A stretch of 63,771 nucleotides of DNA, filler included, from Intoshia linei (GCA_001642005.1; 6 parts of 6 records of this genome joined end to end with filler, not necessarily neighbours in it), one strand, 5' to 3'. Counted from the first letter of the whole stretch, positions 1 to 12,940 are shown. The notes: generated from the letters alone by a model not told the origin. Translations and numbers: made by a program.

Positions 1-557
1 AAATACTTTTTATTACTGATATTTTAGTGTGTATACTGACAATTTTATGTTGAAGATACAGAATTATAATTTATATTATAACGCCAATTTAAAATTATTA
101 CAAAAAGAAATTGTACAAAATTACAATATCATGTTTATTTGCTTCAATTTCAGCTTATCACTATAGGTTTTATTCAAAATAATAATGGTATTTTGTTCAT
201 TTTTGGACTTTTCCAGGTAGATTTTGGTTGACTTGTTCCGTATGATAAAACTATATTTTTGTACCTACTAGGTCTGAATTTAAAGGGCTTATTATATAAT
301 GCATAACATTCTACGAATAACACTGGCAAACAATGTTATTTGTGTATTCAGTACACATTATTAAACTACGTTCTTGTTAAAAGATCATGGACCTACTCAA
401 TTTCATGTTAACATTTTACTTTATATACATTTGTATATTTGTATTGAAATTTTACTACATTCAATCCATACAAACAAGGAATAAAACTATTTTTATTAAA
501 AAATATAAAAGTATACAATTTTAAAAAAAACTAACGGTAAATTTGTTATAAAAAAAA

Positions 558-3500
558 TTATTTTTGTCTATTATGGATAAGTTCAAGGTAGTTTAAAAAG
601 AGCTGGGGTGGAAAATAAATTCCCAATTCGATAATTTCTGCTTTTAATTCCTTGTACATTATGCTTGACTTTTTCCCATAAATGACATCGATTTTTAAAT
701 GACTATACATTTTTTTAATTTGTTGAATGTCAAATTCATTGTCTTTTCCATAGTGTTTCTTTACATTTAAATTTTAAAATGTACATTTAAAAATTACTTC
801 CAAAACACCTTTTTCTTCGTCATTACACACTTCTAATGCTTTACAAATAAGCCAGGTACATTTATTTTCTTGTATGTCTGTTCCTATTTTACCAAGATCA
901 TCTGGATTACCAAAGCAGTCCAAATAGTCATCCTGTAATAATTATAGACTATTATAATTAAAACACAATAATCATTTGATTTTATTAAATTTATCGTATT
1001 ACAGTACACTCTCGAAAATTGGCCACTTTTATGGAGGTGGTCACTTTTTCCAATATATTTAAAATCATTGCATCACTTAAATTACATAATATTTAAACTA
1101 ATTATTTATTATTTTAACAATAAAAAATTGTTAATGTAATTAACAAAGGCTAAAAACAAGCTTATTAATTAATCGATTAAGATTATTAATTAATGACCAT
1201 TACACCGAAAATATATTAAAAATAAGACAAGACATTTCTAAGCAGATCATATTCACTTATTTATTTTTCTATTATTGTACAAAAATATTTTAGAATGGTT
1301 TCATTTGAAACACCTGATGACTATTATTTTGCTTTCTAATACTAATGTAAGTACAGTCTAACTCTGGGATTCTAAAATTTAATAAAAAAATTATAATATC
1401 AATTTGGAAATAAGTTTACTCTGAAAATAAATCGCCGTTCAATATTAAAAAATCGCCCAGGTTGAGAATCCCTGGTATAAGTTCATATTAACGGAATTTT
1501 CCCCATAGTAACACCCTAGTTAACGCAATTTAATTTTTTTAAATAAAAACCATTAAATGGTCATATTTCTTGTTATTACGAGTTTTTGACTAATAACATG
1601 ACGAAGTAATTGCACAAAACATTATCAACTGGTTCACATCAGTTTTTTGGGGTTCATGAAAAATGGGTTGATATTCATAATTTTCTTAAATATAGACATA
1701 GATAACATCTTAAACATAGAATCTAGAGCTTTAGAGATAAAATTATTATTAACGGAATTTTTGGTTCATGCAAATTCGTTAACCCTTTAGTGCTCGCGCA
1801 GTGTCCATTTTATGGACGATTTTATTCAATGAAATTTAGTTAGCCTATAATTTTGCACCATTTATAAATTTTATTACATGAACTATGAAATACAATGTTA
1901 AGTAAATTATAAATGTGTCAGATTAAATATTTATGATCAAATTAATACCAACACTAAATTCACAATAAATTTATTTTATTGCTATGTTTTTCGTATTGCT
2001 ATTCAACAGGATTATAATATTGAATTATCAACTGAATTTTTTAATTACTTTTATAGACAATTTATTTTAAGATAATGTAGATGATGATTTTGACGAATTT
2101 AATGGTATAGAATAACGAGAAATATATTAGTGAACATATGACTGAAACTGACGAATCTATCTCATATACAAATTGTACGTCCACTGGAAAAGATGGGAAA
2201 GTGAATGGTATGATTTTAAAGAATCTCACAAAGGTTTTCCTTTTATAATGGATACAAAAAGTATTTTTAATCGATCCATTATTACTATAGAAGAATCGTT
2301 TAGACTTCTTTATACAAATGTTATTGCTGATATTATTGTAAACTCAACAAACAAAAATTGAAGCGATTTCTAAAAATTTTAGCAGAAAAACAGAAAAATT
2401 CTTAACATACTTGCAGTGAATATAATATATTCTTCTGGAAATGAACATATTTCTAGGCGGATGTATTTGAGAGAACTAGGAAAATCTTTATGCCATAATC
2501 ATGTAATACTTAGATCTCAATCTCTGAATAATTCAATCGGTATTTTATAATAATTATTAAAAATTAATTTAATTTTTAGAATTGTTACCTGTTAAAAAAA
2601 GGCGAAGATGTTATTTATGTAATTACAATGCTAAAAGAACATTTCAAGTATGNATACAAATTGTACGTTCACTGGAAAAGATGGGGAAAGTGAATGGTAT
2701 GATTTTAAAGAATCTACTAAAGGTTTTCCTTTCATAAAGGATACACTATGGGCAATTGGTTTACGTCTATACCGTTAGCGTTTGATTTATGGGAGAAAAA
2801 GTTGACAATGTGCGGTACAATAAGAAAAAATAAAAAAGAACTTGCTGCTTTTTTCATTTATAGTAAAAACCGCGAGGTTTATTCCACTGTTTCAGCTTAC
2901 CACAAAATTATATCACTAGTATCGTATTGTTCAAAGTCAAGAAGAATTGTCAATGTAATATCTACAAAACACGATTGCATAACTATTGACCAAAACAATG
3001 TTTTATAATGAAACCAAGGGTACATTTGATTGATTGACATTTGAGGGCACGTTGATACATTTGACTATTTATGTAATAAATACAACGTGAAAAGGAACAG
3101 TAGAAGATGCCATTACAGTTTATTTCAAGGAATTCTTAACATTCTTGCAGTGAATAGTCATATAATATATTCTTCTGGAAATGAACATATTCCTAGGTGG
3201 ATGTACCGTGAGAGAACTTGGAAAATCTTTATGCCATAATCATGTAATACTTAGATCTCAATCTCTGAATAATTCAATCGGTATTTTATAATAATTATTA
3301 AAAATTAATTTAATTTTTAGAATTGTTACCTGTTAAAAAAAGGCGAAGATGTTATTTATGTAATTACAATGCTAAAAGAACATTTCAAGTATGTGTTTCA
3401 TGTAATTAGCATATTTGTAAAAAATGTTCTGAAAACCACGCCTATTAAAATAATTAAATCGTATAACAAAAGTGTTTTATTGCTTCGTGTCACATTTTTC

Positions 3501-6500
3501 ATTCATAAAAAACGACCATTTTTTGGCGTCTACGAGCGTTTACGTTATAAAAAAGCGCGAGCACTAACGGGTTAAGAAAAAAAAATAATTTAAAATTCCG
3601 TTATTATGACTTAGACCAGTACTTCTCAAACTTTTTTAAGCATTCACCCCTTGTGACACATATTTTTGTTTTATTTACCCCAATAAAACAATTATTATGA
3701 CATGTCATAATTTGCACTTATAAAATGTACTGAATTTGAGTACACATAACATCTTCACGTGATCACATCATTTTAAATTTTTATTGTTTGTTTTATGAAT
3801 CACAAATAATGGATGGTACATGTATTTTGAATGTTAATTGAAATATATAACAAAAATGTATGTGAAATTCAGTGATTTTGTGGAAGCTAATAGATAAAAT
3901 GGTAAGCTTTAAACGTAAATCGCCACGTTTTTCAATATTGAGACATGTTTATGTTTGCCCAAAAGATAATTGGCATGGCTAAATCCTTTTGGAATCATAT
4001 AGAGAGATTTCCAATATAAAATTTTGATAACATTGGATTTTTCAAAAAAAATATAGGTCAAAGGGGATTATTTCCTTAAGGGTTGGTAAAATTAGGTTTT
4101 TTCTTTTGGAATCAAATAGACGAATTTTTTATCTAAAAATTTGCTAAAATTGGATTTTTCAAAAAAATATTGGTAAAAAAAGATTTTTTCCTTAAGGGTT
4201 GATAAAATTTTGGTTTTTTCACATATTTGACTAAATTAAATAATATATGCTCAAAATTTATCATTCACTATATTCACATATCATTCCCCTATTCACCCTA
4301 ATCATCTAAAATTTTAGTATTCACGCTCATAAAAATATTCACGCCCATGAGAAGCACTGACTGAGACTATCAATTTTATTTAAGATTTAATTTAATTTCG
4401 TCTATAAAAATATAAATGTATTCAATGTGTAACCATTGACATGTTCTAATTTATATTTTTGGTGGTCACTTTTCGAGCGTCTAATGTAGTCATTAAATTA
4501 CCTGAATTTGAAAATAACGACCCATTTTAAGTAAAACTTTTGTAGCTTTTTCGTGGACTTTTTTATCGTATATTTTTTGCTAAAATAGTAAAATTAACAA
4601 TATTTTAAAACGAGTCCCAGAATTTATGTTTTATTACATTTTGGGGCTGATTTTAATTTTAAACAAAAAAGCAAATTTGATTTTTCACCCATAAAGGCTC
4701 AAATTCGGAAACTGAAAAATAGATATAAAAACAATAGAAATATAGATATATAAAACACGCCCGGGAAAACCAGTATTTGATTATTGGGTTTTTTTAATTC
4801 TGAGATAGCCAATGTGTTAAATAAACTGTAACACACAATTTTGTTAAATCAAAATATCAGATAAATAGAAAAATGGACCATAAAAATATAAATTAGACTC
4901 AAAATTTAAAATTGGCCCTATTTTATATTCATCTTCATAAATTAATTTAAATAATTATAATTATTTTAAAAAATAAATACAAATCTACGTCTAAGGGTTA
5001 TCCTAAACTGACGACGATTTACACTCTTTTCACATTTTTAATGGAAATATATTGTATAAATATAAAAACCATTAATAAACAAGCAATAACGGGTAAATTG
5101 AAACTGTAATATCCAGTTTTTTCGGTAATAATAAGCAAATATTGTTCCATTGTAAATTTGGAAAGATTACAAGATTCATTGGGACGCGATGTCAACATAT
5201 CCATGCATTGACCAGAAATTGTGTTGATTATTGTCTAAGTATATTACATTTAATCACGTAAAAAGTATATTATATCGTTAAATCATTTTATAAAACTCAT
5301 AAATACGAATTTGTACGTACGGTATGTACTTACGTGAGTACGCCTCACGGTAGCTACTAATTGTTCTAGTTGTGTAATTTTGTATAAAAAATGAGGGGAA
5401 CTTCCAAATTTGTTACACACCACAAATAAATACTTTTCACATTTATAAAATAACTCGTTGAATGCGACATACTAATAAAAATAAAAATATTACATCTTGA
5501 AATAAATGCACAATATGCAGATAATATTCAGCATCTACCAAAAACTTTCTCAAAATAAAATATATATAATGACTGAGAAACATGGAATCATTGATTGCAG
5601 TTTTTTCAATTTCAGGCTAAAATTAATTTTTATTTACCTCAATTTCAATGAGCTAATTTTCAATATAAATAAACATTACTAAACAATGCCAACACGCTTT
5701 GCCTCGTCTCATGGTTGAATTATCCATTATATCGTCTGCCATTAAAAATCCGTATTGTAACTATAATATATAATTTTAAAAGATTTATATATACATTGTA
5801 AATTTGACTTTAAAATTTAAATTTAAAATTTGTTTAAAATTTGACAATTTAATATTATTATTCTAATGGCACAGTAGGGTGTCACTTAAACCTTAAATTT
5901 TCCTTCAAGGGTTTGGTTAAAAAAACTTAAAAAACTCCTATATTAAACTTTTGTTAAAAAATATAATCTGAAAATTCCCTTCAAGGGTTTGGTTCAAAAA
6001 ATCTTAAAAAACCCTCCCCTTTAAGATTTGATAAAAAATAATCTGAAATTTCCAAAAGTGCATAATTCAAACAACTCTGTATTACATTTTTTATCAAAAT
6101 TTTTTTAATGCTACCTAGCAATTTCGCTTTCATGCTTCGCGATAAATTTTATAATTTATTACCGGCCCCGTGAAAAAAATGTGGGAAAAATTCTGTTTTA
6201 ATACATATAATGCATGAATCATATAATTCAGGGTTCGTAAGCGCCAAAAAATAAATTTTACAAATTTCGCGAGATGCAACATTAAAAAATATAGTCCAAA
6301 GGCAAGGATAAGTAAAAAAAGTCAAAATTTCACAGATTAATCAGAAAATTACTACGAGTATCATAATATGAATATTACAATAAAAATATAATTAGTATTT
6401 TATCAAATCATAGTACAAGGGTGTAAAAATTAAAGTAAGAAATTGAGAATAATTAGTAAAGAAAGACTGAATTATTTCTAAAAAATTTAAATTAATGCTA

Positions 6501-7045
6501 GATAAGGTGGTAATTATAATATTTTTGTAAGTTATGTTTTTCCAAACGCTTTGGAGTCATTTTTGATTAGTAACTTTACTTTGGTAGAAACAGAAACATA
6601 AAATAAAATTGAACTTTAAAATATAAAATCGTTCTGTACCGCTTTTAGTTGTTTTAGTATAATATTTTTAGTTGTTAAAAAAATTACAATTTCAATGCAA
6701 GCACCAATAGCACAGCACCTTTGGATATCAACTTGAGTAGCAGGTTCATCAAACCAATTGCACAAAATTTTGTGGCCAGATATAATTGAACATCCCCGGT
6801 GCATTTTACCACCCAAAAGGTTATATTTCAAAACCTAATATAAAATTTCAAAAATGCAAAAATGAATGAAATATTTTAATCTATTGAATATGTTATAAAA
6901 AAGGCTATAGTACCTTGATAAAATGTTTTCTAGCTTGATCAGTAACGTTCTTCGGAAAATATGCGTCGATTGAGTCATTTTCAAATATACGTTCTATGAA
7001 TGACTTTAACAAATCCTTTACATCAAAATTTTCTAAAGCGTCCAT
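558..7045 (-). CDS. FDPS: Farnesyl pyrophosphate synthase, complete multi-exon gene (~8 exons; large TE-filled intron ~934-4501)
   Basis: Spliced minus-strand translation: MDALENFDV...KHFIK|[14 protein letters not shown]...GACIEI|[24 protein letters not shown] (FARM)|[14 protein letters not shown]|...GQCMDM...[12 protein letters not shown]|...MGRYFQIQ|DDYLDCFG...[15 protein letters not shown] (SARM)|...IHNRQK*. GT-AG borders. Confidence 0.95.
1364..1474. mobile_element. Small hAT (Buster/Charlie-type) MITE
   Basis: ctgggattct...agaatccctg termini; degenerate 8-bp TSD gtctaact/gtataagt. Confidence 0.6.
1783..3571 (+). mobile_element. Defective piggyBac element
   Basis: TTAA TSDs (1779-1782, 3572-3575); 17-bp TIRs ccctttagtgctcgcgc / gcgcgagcactaacggg; transposase remnant GNWFTSIPL...[13 protein letters not shown] and Cys-rich C-terminus (RRCYLC); frameshifted. 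Confidence 0.92.
3617..4359. mobile_element. hAT (Buster/Charlie-type) MITE with internal degenerate repeats; second copy begins at 59214
   Basis: cagtacttctca...tgagaagcactg; 8-bp TSD acttagac/actgagac; first ~120 bp nearly identical to 59214-59332. Confidence 0.8.
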
Positions 7046-7797
7046 TTTACAAGTTAAAAACTAAAACACGATGTCTCTTTAGGTTAAATTTATATTTATT
7101 TTTTTGTACAAATCAAATTTGATTTGTAATTTCGCTAACCGATATTAATCGTTGATATACTGCATGTATTGGATATATTTCTCACTTTAATACTATACTT
7201 GCTGTATTTCAGTTCTATATTATTTGTTTACGTCTGAATTTTACTAATAATTAATTTGATAATACATGATATGTAACATGGATTTATTTTTCCGATAAGT
7301 TGCTATTCAACATGTATTGTATTAGCTACTACATATGTATGAGGGACCTACATTGAATAAAAAAATTATCATCATAACCTCTGCTTCAGTGGAGTAAATA
7401 ATGGTAATATTGAGATATTATAATGTGATGTAGGCCATTATTACTCATATCGAGATGGAAAATTTGAATAAAAAAATTAAATTATTAACATGTAAATTAA
7501 GTTGAGTAACAAATAGAAACGATTATTTTCTGTCTTTAAAATTTCAAAAATTCAATTATTTGTATTGTACAATGTATATTAAAAAATAGAAAAGACGCAT
7601 GAATCATTAAAAAATTTATGATAGTGATACAGAAACTAGAATATTACCTGTTTCAAAATTATATTAAACAGGCGCAAAATTATATTCTCGATTATTTTAT
7701 GAATTGTTTTGTGCATATAATTTTCATAATTTTAAATTCTTTAGTTTCGAATTTAAAGTATCTAAACCAATAAAATATATTTACTATTATATTTGAA

Positions 7798-8599
7798 TTA
7801 GGTTGACTGTTATGTACTATGTACAAACAGCACCTAGCTCTACCGAGGGCACATTTTTATTCTACCAAAAAATTTTTTATTGGAAATGTGGAGACGTTCA
7901 ATGAACATTTTTTTTGAAATTGTAGGAACAATATTCACATTTTTAATTTTTAGTTTAATCGAAATATTTGAAAAATATTAATTGATAATATTATTTTTCA
8001 CCATGAATGCTTAGATTTCTGGGGTTGAGATTTTGTATTTATATCAACTGGAATAAATTCTATCAGAACAATCTTCTTTTTAATTTTCTGACAGTTAATT
8101 ATTTCACATTTTTTATTTTAATAAAATATTTTGGAAAAAAAATATATGAATACTAAAATGCTTTTTTGACTGTGAAGACGTTACTTATTCAGATTGAAAT
8201 TTTGTTGTGTGTGTTAACAGGATACAACTGTACCACCTGTAAATGTTTTGAAATTCTAGGGCTGTTTTCATTAAAAAAATAAGGGTAATTTGGGTTTTGG
8301 CCTTGAAGATATAATTTTTTTAAATTTAAATTTATGATAATGTTTATGATTTTAAAATCGATATCAGCGTATATATTTTTTTAAATTTTCCAACTCGTTT
8401 GATTTTCAAAAAGAGGGACAACTGAGGTTTTTGACGCGTAAGATGTGAAATTGGGAGGTTGGAATTTATCTTAATATACGTCCCGGAAAAAACTGTAATT
8501 GAAATGTGGTCTTTAAAAAATTTTAAGACGGTAATTATTTAAATATAGCGTTACACACACAAACCAATATTGCATAGCATATTATATAAGTTAGGAAGA
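7798..8599 (-). mobile_element. Non-autonomous Helitron-like element, apparently full length
   Basis: Minus strand: A|TC...(GT)n near the 5' end; 3' imperfect hairpin (ctaggtgctgtttgtac-ata-gtacataacagtcaac) ending CTAA|T. Related copies at ~20340-21349, ~23986-24520, ~27630-28200, 38042-38350, 41286-41975, ~42954-43060. Confidence 0.75.
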
Positions 8600-8820
8600 T
8601 AAACTGAATCTGATTACTACAAAAATGCGAATGCTGACTACATGGCAAGTTTGGAAAAAATTTTAATCGAACGTCACTAAATTTTTTTTAATGTTTGGAC
8701 GGACCTTGAGAATGTAATTTATAATACCAATATTTTTGTCTGACAAAATCATAAAAGAAACAGCTAAATTTACGGCAATTGCGGATTATTCTACAACATT
8801 TATTATCTGATGTGTTATAG

Positions 8821-9189
8821 CTAGGGCAGTTTTTTATGGCAAAATGCCATTTTTTATATGATAATCAGCACGAAATTACAAGCATTATGATATCAATATG
8901 ATGTTTATTAATTAGCTAATAAACAATTTATAATGTCAATAAATGCCATAAAGTAAGTTATTTTTTTTAAATGCCATAAAGTCAATATTTTTTTTAAAGG
9001 ATATTGGACTTAAAAAAATAATATTTATGATATAGTGAACAATAAAATTGAACAAATACCACCTTATCTATACAATTTATTGAGAAAAGCGCCATCTACC
9101 ACAAATAGTGTTGAACGGAGTTTCAGTTTGTTTATAAAATTGCTAACTAAACAGAGGCAATTTTTACCAGATAATGTTAAGAAGTATAT
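8821..9189 (+). mobile_element. hAT-like transposase C-terminal (dimerisation) remnant
   Basis: LLRKAPSTTNSVERSFSLFIKLLTKQRQ matches the hATC 'S..VERSFS' motif; cut by the spacer. Confidence 0.55.
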
Positions 9190-9289
9190 NNNNNNNNNNN
9201 NNNNNNNNNNNNNNNNNNNNNNNNNNNNNNNNNTTAATTAATTAANNNNNNNNNNNNNNNNNNNNNNNNNNNNNNNNNNNNNNNNNNNN
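9190..9289. other. Artificial contig spacer N44-TTAATTAATTAA-N44 (identical at 18481-18580, 25953-26052, 55312-55411, 59809-59908)
   Basis: Five identical 100-bp spacers with a six-frame stop linker. Confidence 0.97.
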
Positions 9290-9952
9290 TTTAGAACAAA
9301 TTATCACAGGAGATGAAAAATGGGTATTATGGGATAACACAAATTTGAAAAAACAATGGCTTTCACCAAATAAATCTCCTTTATGTACCCCAAAACCCAA
9401 TTTACACTATAAAAAGATTATGCTATGCATATGGTGGGATATGGAGGGTGTGGTATATCATGAATTTCTAAAAAACAAAGAAACCATTAATTCTGATAAA
9501 TACTATGAAAAATTAGAAAAATTAAATCACAATATTTACCTGAAAACACCACAAATGTTTCGTAAAGGCAATATTATTCTACAACAAGACAATGCTAGAC
9601 CTCACACTTCTAAAAAAACCTCTCAGCTTCTAAAGGAGTAATTTGAAGTATTACCACATCCACCGTATTCACCAGGATTGGCACCATCTGATTATTACCT
9701 ATTTAAAGCTATGAGTAACCATTACTATGGTAAAAAATACACTTCAAATGAAAGGTTAAAATTGGACATAGAAAAGTTTTTGTCCAATAAAGAAGCGAGT
9801 TTTTATGCTAATGGTATAAATAGACTACCGGAACGTTGGAAAAAGACTGTGGAAAGCAATGGTGAATATTATAATATAACTTTATTTTTAATGTAATCAA
9901 ATAAACTTTTTAATTTTGTTAAAAAAACGACATTACTTATGAAACGACCTAA
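9290..9952 (+). mobile_element. mariner (DD34D-type) element, 3' half, defective
   Basis: ITGDEKW, MLCIWWD, QQDNARPH, HPPYSPGLAPSDYYLF; stop/frameshift near 9640; right TIR aaaacgacattacttatgaaacgacctaa|TA. Confidence 0.93.
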
Positions 9953-10387
9953 TATTTAACTGTAATGAAACCAGATCTTTTACTAGAAAAAATTGATAAT
10001 AGCAACAAAATTAGAAACTATTTTCCATTTCAAAAAGAAATACTTATACCTTTGTGTTAATATTCACTTGATTCTTAATTCATATTCATATTGTACAACC
10101 AACTCTATTATGAATATTCTAAATATCCGGTCCCTTGACATTCATATTGTACAGAAACCATTGTATTGATCCTACAATTTCAAAAAAAATGTGCATTGTA
10201 CGTATTTATAAGATTATTTGTTATCATTTGAAATTAATTTTATTTTTTATTTACGTAAACGCATTATTCTGCGTAATATTAACTTTTCAATCTGGTAACT
10301 TTGTCTGATATCGTCTGGGGCTCGACGCAATTTTAAGCAATATCATAACTATAAAGTTTAAACACGTGCACGACCGTGAAGATGTGA

Positions 10388-12940
10388 CTATGGCTATATG
10401 AAATTATGCATCGTTTGTATAAAATTTGTGACCTATTTTTATCTTCGGGAAGCTTCTTTTAATTTGCTTGGTAGATTCGGATATGTTTAATTGTATTGTA
10501 TGAATTTTTCTTTAAAAAAGAAGTGTTTGTAAATCAGAAATACGATTTTAAATTTAAAAGGATGACCTATATAATAAATAATTCTTAAAATACAACCATA
10601 AAATATTTATAGGGAGTTGATATTTTAAGACGAATAGCTATTGCTTTATTGGTAATGAACAAATCTAATATATTAAAATTATCACTGGAACACGTTCTCA
10701 AGGTAAATTATTACATTATACATTGTACCAGTGTTTCTCAAATTTACTGAGATTTGGCGTTGCCGCAATAATTTTTTTTCACTTATCAAAATTAACCATT
10801 ATTTTATATAATCTATATTAAAAAATAAAAAAAATTTATTTATTNACCATTATTTTATATAATCTATATTAAAAAATAAAAAAAATTTATTTATTAAGGG
10901 TTTAGATGTGTTGATAATTTCATTTGAAAGAAAATTTAGACAGAAATGAAAACTAATAAACATTTTTAAATACGCTAAAATGTATTATAAGGTGAAATGT
11001 TTTAAAAAAATTGTTAAAACGTTCATATTTCTACATACATGTATGCTTAGTTTAAATGTCTCAAAAATAGTTGAGAAACACTGAATTATGATATATTTTT
11101 TTTCGATAGTATTTGCAGACTGAATTTCTAGAAAATTTTTGCGAAGAAACATTATTTTCCACAGCATTAGCCTATAAATACAATAACAAACAAATTAGAA
11201 AGTAATTTTTTATCAACTATAAACTTTAATTTAAATTTTAAAGCAGTACATTATAAAGTTTATTTTATAATCCAATGTTTCTCATCCGGTGCGCTAAAGG
11301 CACCAGTTAAGGGGAAAATTTATGTGTCACACGAAAAATTGATAATGACCTATATACTATTTCATAAAGACTCAGTTACATCAGATTTTTCTGTTTTTTG
11401 TACTAAAAAACTTTTTTTCTGAAATGTTTGCTTTTCCTTTCAAAATCTTCTATTTTCTACTATTTTTTTATTTGCTTGTGGGCCAAAATGTTTTAATTTC
11501 TTCCAAGTGCGCCTCAATGAAAAAATGTTGTGAAACAATGCGATGGAGAGTAATATTAATAGGGTCTATTAAAAAATGGAATAAAAGCTTGGTTGAAAAT
11601 GAAAATTACCTGTTTATTATTTTATTGTTAAAAATTATACATACATTTTGGCGGAGTGTATAATCCATTGACCACCTGTGACACGACACCATGGTATGAA
11701 AATTGAACCCTCAAAAATATTATTTTTTTAGATATCGATTGGAATATGAAGAAATTAATGCAAAAGAATCAATTATTGAAGCTACCATCAAGGTAAACAT
11801 ACCATTCCAAATGATGATAGATATATAAATTAGAAGTAACTTGCATTGTATAGTATAATAAATAACAATACAAACGTGTCATGATCTCAGCGATAAGAGC
11901 CACTTTGGCAATTTAGGTGTAAATTAGATATCACTCTGGACCACGGAAAAAATTTTTATGAAGGGGCTTACGCTGAAAGAGGTTGAGAACCGAAGATGGA
12001 AACATAATGTTATCTTACCTTAAATTTTAAATGAATCCAGGCATAAAAATAAATGTTATCCAATATTATGAATAAATACCAAATAAGCATAATGTATATT
12101 TTAGAAAATAAAAGATGAAAAGAAATGCTTAGAAATGCAAAATTCTGTCTTGAAAACTGTAATTAAAAAAAATTAAAAAAGTTAAAAAAAAATGTATAGG
12201 AAAATTCTTCTTTAGCACAAATAATTAGAAGTCACATACAAACGAATACAGATACAAACGAAAAAAAAGTAAATTTTGTTTTAAAATTTAAACAAAACTA
12301 ATCAAAATTTTTAGACACATTTTAGGATCAATTCAAACCAAATAGGAACAAATCTTAACTTTATGGCTAATGGCATTGTAGATGAAAGTAATCAACGTTT
12401 ACACGAACTTGTCAACATTAAAAATGATAGAATTGAGACTTTAACAAGAGTATTCAAATTTAATCATAATCAACTAAACTTAGGAATTAAATAATAGTGA
12501 CAGTGGTAAAATAAAACGTGAAATGGAAAAGTTTAAAGAGTTGTATGAAGACCAAAAAAAAATTAATGCAGAGTTAAAACAAGTTATACATTCTATTGAA
12601 AATTTAGTGGTAATTTTACCAAATTACAGTAGTGTCATTTTTATTACACGAAGCAGAGCTGAACCTATCGTACCCGAGCCGCGTCATCGGGATCTACGAA
12701 ATTTTTGTAAATTGTGGTGGGCTCATTAATCCAAATTATATTTTTAATATACTAACTACTCAGTGTCGCCAAGTGTGACAAATGACAGTTGGACAGGAGA
12801 TGATATAGACCACGGATTGCAAAAAATTTGTTGGTGGTCCATTTTTGATTTTCGGCGGACCTCGATCACGATAAGTTGCGCTCTGACCTGAAGAATCATC
12901 ATATCAATATTTTTAGGGAGATTATGTTTTAAAAATATAA
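10388..12940 (+). pseudogene. C-terminal fragment of a TBC-domain RabGAP (EVI5/RABGAP1-like) followed by coiled-coil exons; appears damaged
   Basis: YKICDLFLSS (10418-10447) plus exon GVDILRRIAIALLVMNKSNILKLSLEHVLK (~10613-10702) resemble the TBC C-terminal helix. Then RYRLEYEEINAKE, KIKDEKKCLEMQNSVLKT, ELNN...EMEKFKELYEDQKKINAELKQ, GDYVLKI*. Donor reads GG not GT near 10448; apparent frameshift near 11590; no TBC catalytic N-half visible. Confidence 0.55.

Larger units (their letters stand above)
1354..4369. mobile_element. Tc1/pogo-like MITE whose two TIRs are each interrupted by a hAT MITE
   Basis: After removing the inserts, left cagtctaagt(t)catattaacggaatttt matches the reverse complement of right aaaattccgttattatgacttagac. 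Confidence 0.65.
1002..4486. mobile_element. pogo/Tc1-type non-autonomous element, outermost layer of a nested stack in the FDPS intron
   Basis: TA|cagtacactctcgaaaattggccac ... gtggtcacttttcgagcgtctaatg|TA: imperfect ~25-bp TIRs with TA TSD. Confidence 0.7.

Noticed and set aside
150-410. Possible last exons of a plus-strand gene converging on FDPS
   Set aside because: Splice phases ambiguous and no recognisable peptide.
2165-3393. Internal duplications in the piggyBac (2165-2255 vs 2654-2745; 2397-2652 vs 3133-3393)
   Set aside because: Junction coincides with a single N at 2653; likely an assembly overlap or haplotype artefact (similar at 10796-10895).
7140-7790. Possible plus-strand gene divergent from FDPS
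   Set aside because: Could not assemble a consistent in-frame exon chain.
9234-9245. Recurrent TTAATTAATTAA palindrome amid Ns
   Set aside because: Synthetic six-frame-stop spacer, identical five times; not biological.
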